Shown here one piece after another: positions 8,428-18,569 of a stretch of 32,000 nt of DNA (the first letter of the stretch is position 1; every line of letters starts with the position of its first letter). The stretch is from Methylorubrum extorquens (lineage in GTDB: Bacteria; Pseudomonadota; Alphaproteobacteria; Rhizobiales; Beijerinckiaceae). The position numbers were made by a program, and so were the translations under genes. The notes beneath the pieces were generated by a model. That model did not search any database and was not told the origin of the DNA. It saw nothing but the letters and a program-made list of their open reading frames with translations. Location of the stretch: NCBI GenBank assembly GCA_900234795.1, contig LT962688.1, positions 2,790,001 through 2,822,000 of the forward strand. The letters are read 5' to 3'.

Positions 8428-9918
8428 ATGCTGCGCACGATCCAGGACCGCTTGTCCTCGAACCGCACTTCGCCCTCCCCGCGCCTGAAGCGCCTCGCCT
8501 CCGCCGCAGGCGCGATGGCCGCCCTGCTCGTCGCCGGCACAGTCGAGACCCAGGACGCAGTCGCCAACGGCGACACCCGCAGCCTCTCCATGGTGCACGA
8601 GCACACGGGTGAGACGCTGAACGTCACCTTCAAGCGCGATGGACGCTACGACCGCGCCGCCCTCGACCAGATCAACTGGCTGATGCGCGACTGGCGCGAG
8701 AACGAATCGATCAAAATGGACCCGCGCCTGTTCGACGTGGTGTGGGAGGCGCAGCGCTCCGTCGGCTCGACCGCACCGCTGCGTATCGTCTGCGGCTACC
8801 GCAGCCCGAAGACCAACGGCATGCTGCGCCGCCGCTCCTCGGGCGTCGCCGACACCAGCCAGCACATGCTCGGCAAGGCCATGGATTTCTTCATGACCGA
8901 CGCCTCGATCGACCAGATCCGCGCCGTCGGCATGCGTATGCAGCGCGGCGGCGTCGGCTGGTATCCCCGCTCCGGCTCGCCCTTCGTGCATCTCGATGTG
9001 GGCTCGGTACGCTCCTGGCCGCGCATGAGCCACGATCAGCTTGCCCGCCTGTTCCCGGACGGAAAGACCGTCCACCTTCCCGCCAACGGCAAGCCGCTCG
9101 CCCGCTACGAGGAGGCCCGCGCCGAGATCCTGTCCCGCGGCGGCACGGTGTTGGGCTACACGGCACTCGCCAGCGCCGACGAGGTCGGCGAGGGGCCGGG
9201 GCTCAAGGGCTTCTTCGCCTCGCTCTTCGGCGGAAGCGGCGGGACCGACGCGCCGCCGGCCGCGCTCGCTGGCGCCGCCATACCGTCCAAGGCTCGGGCC
9301 AAGCCGAGCATCGCGGTCGCCAGCGCCGATCCGACCGACGGAACCGGGGCGATGGCCTATGCCGCGCCGGCTGCCTCCGAGACCCTGCGCGCGACGAGCC
9401 TGCGCCGGGACGGCGCCTCGGCGAAGGAACTGCTGACGGGCGAAGCGGATCAGGCGGTGGTCGCACCGCTGCCGCCGCGGCGTCCCTCGGAATTCGCCGT
9501 CGTGGCCACCGCCCTCACCATTCCGCTGCCGCCGCAACGCCCGGTCCAGCTCGCCTCTCTCAACGGCGAGGGCCTGGGCGGCATGGTTCACGTGGCGCAG
9601 GCGGGGAACGAGACGGCCAACGAGGCGCCGGAGCCGGCCATTGTTGAGGCGCGTCTGGTGCCGGCGGATGCCGATCCGCGCGAGCAAGTTCGCAGCCTGT
9701 TCTTCGCCACGGTTCAGGGCGTGTCGGAGCCGGCCCCGCCGACCGCTCTCGTCCGCGTGGCGCTAGCGCGTCCGCGTCCCGACGAAGCGCTGCCCGCGGA
9801 GGCCCTGCACATCCCCTCAGTCGAGGCTCTGAATGGGCGTTTCTCGGCCGAGCCTCTCACGCTGTCCGCCACCCGCTTCACCGGATCCGCGACGCAGGGT
9901 CCGGCCCAGGGCCGTTGA
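8428..9918 (+). CDS. DUF882 / peptidase M15A murein endopeptidase (MepK/YcbK-like) with long Ala/Pro-rich C-terminal extension
   Basis: DUF882 core read by eye (HTGE...INWLMRDWR...MDP...SQHMLGKAMDF...FVHLD). GGTGAGGA SD lies before the ATG at 8428. About 295 low-complexity residues follow the domain. Confidence 0.85.
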   Translation: MLRTIQDRLSSNRTSPSPRLKRLASAAGAMAALLVAGTVETQDAVANGDTRSLSMVHEHTGETLNVTFKRDGRYDRAALDQINWLMRDWRENESIKMDPRLFDVVWEAQRSVGSTAPLRIVCGYRSPKTNGMLRRRSSGVADTSQHMLGKAMDFFMTDASIDQIRAVGMRMQRGGVGWYPRSGSPFVHLDVGSVRSWPRMSHDQLARLFPDGKTVHLPANGKPLARYEEARAEILSRGGTVLGYTALASADEVGEGPGLKGFFASLFGGSGGTDAPPAALAGAAIPSKARAKPSIAVASADPTDGTGAMAYAAPAASETLRATSLRRDGASAKELLTGEADQAVVAPLPPRRPSEFAVVATALTIPLPPQRPVQLASLNGEGLGGMVHVAQAGNETANEAPEPAIVEARLVPADADPREQVRSLFFATVQGVSEPAPPTALVRVALARPRPDEALPAEALHIPSVEALNGRFSAEPLTLSATRFTGSATQGPAQGR

Positions 9919-10002
9919 TGCCTTAGGCGCCCGCGCTCCCTTCGGGGGCATTCAGCCGTGGGCCCCGATGCTGCTCGACGAGCACCCGCTTTCCCTTCAC
10001 TC

Positions 10003-10108
10003 CCTTCATCCTGAGAGGCACGCGTCAGCGGGCCTCGAAGGATCTTCCAGGGATCGCGCGAGAACTGGAAGATCCTTCGAAGCCGCTGCGCGGCATCTCA
10101 GGATGAGG
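10003..10108. repeat. REP/MITE-like long imperfect palindrome in a convergent intergenic region
   Basis: Outer perfect 10-bp arms are CATCCTGAGA (10007-10016) and TCTCAGGATG (10096-10105). Inner perfect 16-bp arms are TCGAAGGATCTTCCAG (10035-10050) and CTGGAAGATCCTTCGA (10065-10080). The element lies between the mepK-like and gapR stop codons. Confidence 0.7.
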
Positions 10109-10139
10109 TCTTGGTAGGAATGATGTGGCTTCGGTGGCG

Positions 10140-10406
10140 CTACGCCATGCCGAGTGCCTGGAGGTAGAGCTCGAGGATCGCCTCCTCCTCCTGACGCTCG
10201 TCGTGGTCGCGCTTGCGCAGGGAGATGATCTTGCGCAGCACCTTCACATCGAAGCCGTTGGCCTTGGCTTCGGCGTAGACATCCTTGATGTCGCCCGCGA
10301 TGCCGGCCTTCTCTTCTTCGAGACGCTCGATGCGCTCGATGATGCTCTTGAGCTGGTCGGCGGCGACCGAGGATGGGTCGACGGCGGGGGCAGGCGAGGC
10401 GGCCAT
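10140..10406 (-). CDS. gapR: GapR (DUF2312) nucleoid-associated DNA-binding protein
   Basis: 88 aa. It closely resembles the Caulobacter GapR core as I recall it ([17 protein letters not shown]...[22 protein letters not shown]...[16 protein letters not shown]). Confidence 0.88.
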   Translation of the reverse strand: MAASPAPAVDPSSVAADQLKSIIERIERLEEEKAGIAGDIKDVYAEAKANGFDVKVLRKIISLRKRDHDERQEEEAILELYLQALGMA

Positions 10407-10510
10407 GGCAGCGCTCCTTCACGCGAGGGATGGCGTGCGTCCGAAGACCCACGCCGGATGCCTGGGGATTACGGCATCAACCTTACCTGCTCGTTGATGC
10501 CGGCGCCCCC

Positions 10511-10861
10511 TCAGTGACCGCTGGTCTGAGCCGCAGAGAAGCGTGTCTGCTGCTCGGGGGCCGCCTCGGTCTGGTGCTTCTGCTTCCACTCCTCGTAGGG
10601 CATGCCGTAGACGTGCTCTCGGCTCTGATCCTTCGAGACAGCGAGGCCGCGCTCGTCGGCCGCGTCTTTCAGCCAGTTCGACAGGCAGTTGCGGCAGAAC
10701 CCGGCGAGATTCATCAGGTCGATGTTCTGCACATCGGTGCGGTTGCGCAGATGCGACACGAGGCGGCGGAACACGGCCGCCTCCAGCTCGGTCTGCGTCG
10801 CGGGATCGATTCCGGTCATGGGCTCGGTCATGGGGGCGGCTCTCGCTGTCGAGGGGATCAC
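10511..10861 (-). CDS. DUF1244 family protein
   Basis: Conserved core ELEAAVFRRLVSHLRNRTDVQNIDLMNLAGFCRNCLSNW. The start is uncertain: GTG at 10861, or ATG at 10831 or 10819. Confidence 0.8.
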   Translation of the reverse strand: MIPSTARAAPMTEPMTGIDPATQTELEAAVFRRLVSHLRNRTDVQNIDLMNLAGFCRNCLSNWLKDAADERGLAVSKDQSREHVYGMPYEEWKQKHQTEAAPEQQTRFSAAQTSGH

Positions 10862-10889
10862 GCAGAGGTCGCCCTGCGATCCCCTTCCG

Positions 10890-11663
10890 TCAAGCGGGCG
10901 GACGCAGCATCGGCCTCAGGATGCGGGCGAAGCGCTGCGCCCATTCCTCCTGGCCCTCGGGGCCGCCGATCAGATCCTGGCGGATCTCGATCAAGGCGTT
11001 GGGCAGGCCGCGAACGGTGGCGTGCCGGTCGATCGTGTCGCCGGGCAGGCCGCCGTCGTAGGGCTGGTTGTCGCCGACGCAGAGGCCGGCCGGATCGGCC
11101 TTGAGCGCCTCGATCAGCAGGCGGCTCAGCCCCACGTCCTGATCGTAGAGGATGCCGACCTGCCAGGGTCGGGCGATGGTGCGCCAGAACGGCGTGAAGC
11201 TATGGATCGTCACGAACATCGGACGCACGCCTGCGGCCTCCGACCGGCCGACCGCCTCGTCCACGGCGCGGTCGAACGGCACGTAGAAGCGCCGAATCCG
11301 TTCTGCGATGCCGGCCGCATCGATCCGGGCGTTGCCGGGCACGATCGCCCCGTCGGAGAGCCGCATCACCAGGGTCGGATCGCGCCGGCCCCGGTTCGGA
11401 TCGATGATGAGTCGCGAGAACTGCGTCAGCACCGCCGGAACCCCGAGCCGGGCAGCGAGCCGGCGCGTCACCTCGGCGGCCCCGATGTCGTAGGCGATGT
11501 GACGGGAGAATTCGGCTTCCGGCACGCCGAGCCGGCCGAGATCCTCCGGTACCGCGTTCGAGGCGTGTTCGCAGACGAGCAGTAGGCCCAGGGACGCATC
11601 GCCCTCGATGCGCTCGATCGGGTGTTCGGGGCGGGTTTTGGTCTCGGGTTCAAGGGAGAGCAT
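10890..11663 (-). CDS. N-formylglutamate amidohydrolase family protein
   Basis: 257 aa with FGase-family landmarks (LLLVCEHASNAVP, IDPNR, VTIHSFTP). Confidence 0.8.
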   Translation of the reverse strand: MLSLEPETKTRPEHPIERIEGDASLGLLLVCEHASNAVPEDLGRLGVPEAEFSRHIAYDIGAAEVTRRLAARLGVPAVLTQFSRLIIDPNRGRRDPTLVMRLSDGAIVPGNARIDAAGIAERIRRFYVPFDRAVDEAVGRSEAAGVRPMFVTIHSFTPFWRTIARPWQVGILYDQDVGLSRLLIEALKADPAGLCVGDNQPYDGGLPGDTIDRHATVRGLPNALIEIRQDLIGGPEGQEEWAQRFARILRPMLRPPA

Positions 11664-11890
11664 GGCGCTTATCTGGGCCGCCGCGGCGAGATCGAAAGGG
11701 GCGCGGCTCTCGCCGCCGACCCGCCATGCGCAGGGCGCTCCATAAAACGACGAGCAAGGATGGTGCCGGGGTCAAAAAGAATGCTCCGGCGCCCGAAAGT
11801 TTTGTGAAACCGCGAAGGCTTGCCGACACGGCAGCGCTCGGGCAAGCAAACGCACAAACAAGAACCGTCAAGACCCGCGCGAGGACGCCC

Positions 11891-13204
<1,314 letters not shown>

Positions 13205-13256
13205 GTTCCTGACAGCATCGTCCCAAAAGGCGGCCACCGGCTTTTGGAAGAAGACG

Positions 13257-13712
13257 ATGCAGAAACAAGCGAGAGCGCGCTCGCGGCGCAGGGCCGTCCT
13301 CGGGCTCTGCCTCGGCGCCTCCGCGCTCCTCCCCCTCCCCGCTTCGGCCGATCTGCGCCTGTGCAACCAGACCGCCAGCAAGGTCGGCGTGACCCTGGGC
13401 TACCGGGATGCGCAGGGCTGGGTGACGGAAGGTTGGTGGGATCTCAAGCCGCGCAACTGTGAGACCCTGCTCAAGGGCTCGCTGGCGGCGCAGTTCTATT
13501 ACCTCTACGCCGTCGATTACAGCCGCGGCGGCGAATGGAGCGGGCGCGCCATGATGTGCACCCGCGACACCGCCTTCACCATCCGCGGGGTCGAGGATTG
13601 CCTGGCCCGCGGCTTCGACCGCAACGGCTTCATCGAGGTCGATACCGGCCAGCAGCGGAACTGGACGATCCAGCTCTCCGACCCGGGCCAACCTCTGGCC
13701 GGCGGCCCGTAG
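13257..13712 (+). CDS. DUF1036 domain protein, secreted
   Basis: Signal peptide ending LPLPASA, then the DUF1036 core LRLCNQTASKVGVTLGYRD..GWVTEGWW.L.P..C. GGAAGAAG SD lies before the ATG at 13257. Confidence 0.8.
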   Translation: MQKQARARSRRRAVLGLCLGASALLPLPASADLRLCNQTASKVGVTLGYRDAQGWVTEGWWDLKPRNCETLLKGSLAAQFYYLYAVDYSRGGEWSGRAMMCTRDTAFTIRGVEDCLARGFDRNGFIEVDTGQQRNWTIQLSDPGQPLAGGP

Positions 13713-13974
13713 AGACGCCCGCTCGCCGCGATTCGTGGCGCGACCGGGTAGACCACTTCGATTTGTATCGGTGCTGCCGAACGCGGCCATTGAGGCATCG
13801 CGCCATGCGGGAGCGAGGTCCCCTGGGGCCGTGAATCGCATGCCGGCATCGAACTTCAGGCGAGGCATGGAACGGGCGCCCCGCCATCGGCGACGTCGGC
13901 GGTGCAATCGAGCCATGGCGATCCGGGCGAATGAAGAGCGCCGTCGTCCGCCGCAACATCCGATCAGACCCGCC

Positions 13975-14009
13975 CAAACGAAAACGGGCGCCTCGTGGAG
14001 GCGCCCGTT
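13975..14009 (-). terminator. Rho-independent terminator of the OMP gene
   Basis: Perfect 12-bp stem (13983-13994 with 13998-14009) and a 3-nt loop. On the minus strand it is followed by UUUUCGUUU. It lies 30 nt past the stop codon. Confidence 0.85.
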
Positions 14010-14038
14010 GAACGTCGTCGGTCTGTGAGGTTCGAGGC

Positions 14039-14896
14039 TTAGAGGCCGCTGAACTTGTAGTTGAAGCCGGCGCGGATCAGGCTGCCCTCGGTGGCGAAGC
14101 GCGCGGTGTAGGAGCCGGCCGGGACCGGCGCGGTCTGGTTGATCAGCACGTTGCGGCTGCCGAGATCGTAGCGAATGTACTCCGCCTTGATCGTCACGTC
14201 GGACTTGATGCCGAGCCAGCGACCGACCGAGAAGTAGTTCAGGAAGCTGTCGACCGGGATCGCGTACTCGATGCCGCCGCCATAGTTGTAGCCGGTCTCG
14301 AAGATCTTGCGACCGCCGCCGGTGTACTGGAGGACGGTGGCGCCCGGGTTGAAGAAGTCCGCGCCGTAGCTGACGTGACCGAACGCGAGACCGCCGGTGC
14401 CGTAGACGAAGAACCGGTCGAAGGCGTAGCCGAGCTTGCCGTTGACGGTGCCGAGGAAGTCGAGGCTCTGCGTGTAGACGCTGGCGTTGCCGATGGTGGG
14501 GTTCGGCGCGCCGTAGAAGCCCGTGCGCTTGTCGAGGTCGAGCCAGGTGGCGTCGAAGGCCAGACCGGCCACGAAGCCGCCGCCCGGCGTGAACTGATGG
14601 TTGTAGCCGAAGCCGCCGCCGATGCGGGAGAAGCCATCGACCTCGCTCTTGAGGGAGGCGGGGCGACGGGCGAGCGTCACGTTGCTGGCGGTGAAGGGGT
14701 CGTTGCCGCGGGTCTGGATGTTCGGGTTGTCGGTGAACGCGTAACCCGTGTGCAGGCCGGCGTAGAAGCCGGTCCAGGTGAAGACCGGGACGGGCGCGAA
14801 AGCGATCGGCGGAGCCTCACGGCGCGGCAGATCGGCGGCGAGCGCGGCGGTGCTCACGAGTGCCGCGGTGCCGCCCAGGAGGAGAGCTCTGATCAC
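14039..14896 (-). CDS. Outer-membrane beta-barrel protein (Omp25/Omp31/RopB-like porin family)
   Basis: Signal peptide MIRALLLGGTAALVSTAALAADLP. Alternating aromatic and Gly-rich beta-strand pattern. C-terminal ...RAGFNYKF-SGL. Confidence 0.82.
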   Translation of the reverse strand: MIRALLLGGTAALVSTAALAADLPRREAPPIAFAPVPVFTWTGFYAGLHTGYAFTDNPNIQTRGNDPFTASNVTLARRPASLKSEVDGFSRIGGGFGYNHQFTPGGGFVAGLAFDATWLDLDKRTGFYGAPNPTIGNASVYTQSLDFLGTVNGKLGYAFDRFFVYGTGGLAFGHVSYGADFFNPGATVLQYTGGGRKIFETGYNYGGGIEYAIPVDSFLNYFSVGRWLGIKSDVTIKAEYIRYDLGSRNVLINQTAPVPAGSYTARFATEGSLIRAGFNYKFSGL

Positions 14897-15248
14897 GATG
14901 GGTCCGCCTTCGAAGAATGCTGATTTCGAGGGCTAAGCTACCAGCGGGACGGCCAAGCTGCCTATGACTTTCCAGCAACACGCAGCGTCGATAACGCCAG
15001 AGTTGCGTTGTGCGGCGCGTAAACGCTTAGATCTCGGAAAGTTGAACAACAGACAGTGGCGAGCCAAAGAAAAAGTTCCCGTATCAGCCTTCGGGTTGAA
15101 ATGCGTCGATGCTCCGGCCTTGACCTCGCGGGCAAGGGGATGCTTCTGGCCGCCAAGCCCCCGTCCGGCCATCGGCGCCCGCCCGCGCGCCACCCATCCG
15201 CCGGGCCGTTCCCGCACGCGATTGCCGCGACTAGCGGGTCCAGCGGGT

Positions 15249-16700
15249 ATGATGGAGGCCCCTTTGAAGCGCTCGCGCCGCACCAAGATCGTCGCCACCC
15301 TCGGCCCGGCATCCGACACGCCGGAGATGATCGAGAAGCTGTTCCACGCCGGTGCGGACGTGTTCCGCATCAACATGAGCCATCTGGCTCGCGAGAAACT
15401 GCCCGAACGCATCGAGGTGATTCGCACCATCGAGCGCGAGGCTAAGCGCCCCATCGGCATCCTCGTGGACCTTCAGGGCCCGAAGCTGCGGCTCGGCACC
15501 TTCGTGGGCGACGCGGCTGTGCTGGAGAACGGCCAGACCTTCGTGCTCGATTCGGATCCGACGCCGGGCGATACCGACCGCGTCTTCCTTCCCCATCCCG
15601 AGATCCTGTCGGCGCTGGAGCCCAGCCACGGCATCCTCATCGACGACGGCAAGCTTCGCCTCATCGTCACCGAGGTGAGCGAGGGGCGTGCGGTCACCCG
15701 CGTCGAGGTCGGCGGGCGCATCTCGAATCGCAAGGGCGTGTCGCTGCCCCACACCGTGCTGCCGGTGCCGGCGATGACCGAGAAGGATCGCGGTGATCTG
15801 GAAGCGGGCCTCGCGGCCGGCGCCGACTGGATCGCAGTGTCCTTCGTGCAGCGCCCGGAAGACGTGGCGGAGGTCAAGAAGGTCGCCGCCGGGCGTGCCC
15901 TGGTGATGGCCAAGATCGAGAAGCCGCAGGCGCTCACCCGCCTCGACGAGATCATCGAGATCTCCGACGGCATCATGGTCGCCCGCGGCGACCTCGGCGT
16001 TGAGATGCCGCTCGAACAGGTGCCGGGCGTGCAGAAGCGCATCACCCGCGTCGCACGCCGACTCGGCAAGCCGGTCGTCGTCGCGACGCAGATGCTCGAA
16101 TCGATGATCACCTCGCCGGTGCCGACCCGCGCCGAGGTGTCGGACGTGGCCACCGCCGTCTACGAGGGCGCGGATGCGGTGATGCTCTCGGCCGAAAGCG
16201 CCGCCGGCGACTTTCCGGTCGAGGCGATTGGCACCATGAACCGCATCGCCGAACAGGTGGAGCGCGATGCGCTCTACTGGTCGATCCTGATGGCGCAGCG
16301 TTCAGAGCCGGAGCCGACCGCCTCCGACGCCATCGCGGCCGCGGCCCATCAGATCGTCGAGGCGCTGAGCCTGCGCTCGATCATGGCTTGGACCCATTCC
16401 GGTTCGACGGTGCTGCGGCTGGCGCGCGCCCGGCCCAATGCCAGCGTCATCGCGCTGACGCCGAAGCGCGAGACGGCGCGGCGCCTTACCATGGCCTGGG
16501 GCGTGCACCCGATCGTCACCAAGGATGCCAGCGACGTGGACGACATGGCCTTCCGCGCCGCGAAGTTCGCGGTGCGCGAGCGCTTCGCCGAGATCGGCGA
16601 CCGGGTGATCATCGTGGCCGGTGTGCCATTCGGTATTCCGGGGGCGACCAACATGGTGCGCATCGCCTTCGTCACCCGCGAGCACGCCGAGCGGGCCTGA
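15249..16700 (+). CDS. pyk: Pyruvate kinase
   Basis: Typical N-terminus RRTKIVATLGPAS, plus FRINMSH, MVARGDLGVE and ATQMLESM. The ATG at 15249 gives 483 aa. The first 95 codons of the track ORF (from 14964) look non-coding. Confidence 0.93.
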   Translation: MMEAPLKRSRRTKIVATLGPASDTPEMIEKLFHAGADVFRINMSHLAREKLPERIEVIRTIEREAKRPIGILVDLQGPKLRLGTFVGDAAVLENGQTFVLDSDPTPGDTDRVFLPHPEILSALEPSHGILIDDGKLRLIVTEVSEGRAVTRVEVGGRISNRKGVSLPHTVLPVPAMTEKDRGDLEAGLAAGADWIAVSFVQRPEDVAEVKKVAAGRALVMAKIEKPQALTRLDEIIEISDGIMVARGDLGVEMPLEQVPGVQKRITRVARRLGKPVVVATQMLESMITSPVPTRAEVSDVATAVYEGADAVMLSAESAAGDFPVEAIGTMNRIAEQVERDALYWSILMAQRSEPEPTASDAIAAAAHQIVEALSLRSIMAWTHSGSTVLRLARARPNASVIALTPKRETARRLTMAWGVHPIVTKDASDVDDMAFRAAKFAVRERFAEIGDRVIIVAGVPFGIPGATNMVRIAFVTREHAERA

Positions 16701-16751
16701 CACATCGCCCCGGATATCGGATCCGGGTGGACGCGCGATCGCGCGGAAGCT

Positions 16752-17747
16752 CTACCGCGCGATCGCCTCCGTCAACGCCTCGACCTCGCGCACGAGCGTG
16801 TCCGGGGCGGTGTAGGTCAGCATATGCCCGGCGCCCGGCAGCACCACGCGCCGGGCGTGCGGCATCGCCCGACTCAGCGGATCGGTCTGCAAGCGGGTTT
16901 GGACGACGGGATCGGCCTCGCCGGCCACGATCACGGTGGGCACGGCGATGGTTTCGTAGCGCGGCGCCTGCTCGGCGAGCGCGGCGGGAAGTCCGGCGAG
17001 ATCCCGGATGTTGGCCAGCGCCGGACCCGGTCGGAGAATCAGCGGCGCCCGGCTCGCCGCGAGGTAATTCTCGACCGGTGATTCCGGTTTGAACACGCTT
17101 CGCGCGACCGAAGGAAGGTAGGAGAGGCCGACCGGGACCGCGACGGTCTGCGTGAGCAACCACGTCACCGGCCGTGCCAAGGCGATCCTCACCCACCAGG
17201 GCAGCGGGCGCGACGGAAGCGGCATGGCAACGGGCGCCACGAGGACGAGGCCCGCCACCTGTTCGGGCCGGTCGAGGGCCATCCGCAGGGCAAGCGCACC
17301 GGACCAGGAATGACCGAGCAGGATGACCGGCCCGGTGCCGAGTCGGTCGAGAGCCCGTCCTAGCGCCCTCCCCTGGAAGGCGGGTGAGGCGGCGTCCGCG
17401 CCGCTGATTCGGTCGCTGTTGCCGTAGCCCGGCCGATCGAAGGCGATGACGCGAAAGCCGAATCGGGCGAGGTGCCGGCCAACGCCCTCCATCGGGTCAT
17501 AGGCGTTCGCCGAGGCGCCGTGGAGCAGGACGACCGTGCCTCGCGCCCCCGTCTCGGGCCCGTCCTCCAGATAGGCGATCCGGCCGCCCTCGATCTCGAC
17601 GCTTCGGTCGGCGGCCGGATAGCGTGCCTCGACGCGCCACGCGATCAGCCGCGTTGCCACCGCCGCGCAGAGGAGCAGCAGCGCGACGAGACCGATGGCC
17701 GATGCCAGCAGGCCGACGGCGAGGCGGAGAGGTTCAGCGAGGCTCAC
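16752..17747 (-). CDS. Alpha/beta-fold hydrolase with N-terminal membrane anchor
   Basis: Hydrophobic N-terminus, HGASAN oxyanion region, nucleophile elbow GHSWSG and a C-terminal GAGHM histidine. Confidence 0.8.
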   Translation of the reverse strand: MSLAEPLRLAVGLLASAIGLVALLLLCAAVATRLIAWRVEARYPAADRSVEIEGGRIAYLEDGPETGARGTVVLLHGASANAYDPMEGVGRHLARFGFRVIAFDRPGYGNSDRISGADAASPAFQGRALGRALDRLGTGPVILLGHSWSGALALRMALDRPEQVAGLVLVAPVAMPLPSRPLPWWVRIALARPVTWLLTQTVAVPVGLSYLPSVARSVFKPESPVENYLAASRAPLILRPGPALANIRDLAGLPAALAEQAPRYETIAVPTVIVAGEADPVVQTRLQTDPLSRAMPHARRVVLPGAGHMLTYTAPDTLVREVEALTEAIAR

Positions 17748-17757
17748 GGGATGCGAA

Positions 17758-18366
17758 TCAGAGGTCGCGTCCCTGCACCTCGGGTGTCAGACGCTCGATC
17801 GCCTTCTTGAGCACATCCCATTGCGGGTAGAGCGCCTCCGCCCGGCGGAAGGCATTGAGGGCCCGGCCCTTGTCGTCCTGGGCGAGGTAGAGCTTGCCGA
17901 GCGCGGCCCAGGCCTCGAAATGGCGGGGCTCCAGCACGAGCGCGCGCTGCAGGTCGGCGATGGCGGTCGCGGTGTCGGACAGGCGCCAGAACAGGGTCGC
18001 GCGCCGGCTCCAGCCTTCGGACCAGTTCGGCTCCAGGGCGACGGAGCGGTCCATCAGTTCGACGGCGAGCGGCAGGTCGTTGCCGCTCATCGCCTGCCGG
18101 GCACGATCGGACAGAAGGTCGGCTGTCGCGCTGCCTGAGCGGCCGAGACGGCGTTCGATCAAGGTGGCGACGGCCTTGGCCTCGGTCTCGTCCTCGGCCT
18201 GCTTGAGGCGGGTGTAGAGATCGTCAAGGCTGACCGGCGGATGCGCCTTGCGCTCCTTCTCCGGCCGCGTCTTGTCGGCGGCCGCGAGGCTGGCGGTGGC
18301 CGTGCTGCCTGCGAGCACGAGGCCGAGGCAAAGGGCGGTCAGGAGTGGGGTGCGGCGAGCGTCCAT
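17758..18366 (-). CDS. Secreted tetratricopeptide-repeat protein
   Basis: Signal peptide followed by TPR-like repeats (WSRRATLFWRLSD...AIADLQRALVLEPRHFEAWAALGKLYL..). Confidence 0.75.
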   Translation of the reverse strand: MDARRTPLLTALCLGLVLAGSTATASLAAADKTRPEKERKAHPPVSLDDLYTRLKQAEDETEAKAVATLIERRLGRSGSATADLLSDRARQAMSGNDLPLAVELMDRSVALEPNWSEGWSRRATLFWRLSDTATAIADLQRALVLEPRHFEAWAALGKLYLAQDDKGRALNAFRRAEALYPQWDVLKKAIERLTPEVQGRDL

Positions 18367-18411
18367 AGGTCCGGAGCTTCCACCCCGAACCCGGCTCCCG
18401 TCAACGCGCTT

Positions 18412-18438
18412 CGGTGCCGCGTGCGAATCGCGGCACCG
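18412..18438 (-). terminator. Hairpin just downstream of rpmJ (no U-tract)
   Basis: Perfect 10-bp stem CGGTGCCGCG / CGCGGCACCG with a 7-nt loop, 6 nt after the rpmJ stop. There is no T-run, so the terminator role is tentative. Confidence 0.4.
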
Positions 18439-18443
18439 AGGAC

Positions 18444-18569
18444 TCAGCCCTGGCGGGCCTTGAAGCGCTTCTGGGTCTTGTTGATGACGTAGACGCGGCC
18501 CTTGCGGCGCACGAGCTGGTTATCGCGGTGACGGCCGCGCAGCGACTTGAGCGAGTTGCGAATCTTCAT
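18444..18569 (-). CDS. rpmJ: 50S ribosomal protein L36, Cys-less (zinc-independent) type
   Basis: Hand translation gives [41 protein letters not shown] (41 aa). It falls below the ORF-track length cutoff. Confidence 0.9.
   Translation of the reverse strand: MKIRNSLKSLRGRHRDNQLVRRKGRVYVINKTQKRFKARQG

Noticed and set aside
5089-9687. 1532-aa minus-strand ORF spanning the activator, ldt and mepK genes
   Set aside because: It is antisense to three genes with clear catalytic motifs. Its translation is Arg/Gly/Ala/Pro-rich low-complexity sequence with no recognisable motif. This is the typical stop-codon-poor mirror frame of about 70% GC DNA.
14964-15248. N-terminal extensions of track ORFs (pyk from 14964; also glycerate kinase from 11726, ldt from 6133, mepK-like from 8329, bchX from 30394, bchC from 31209, pufA from 25609)
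   Set aside because: The extensions are Arg/Pro-rich, lack family similarity and bypass good SD-plus-ATG combinations that give canonical N-termini.
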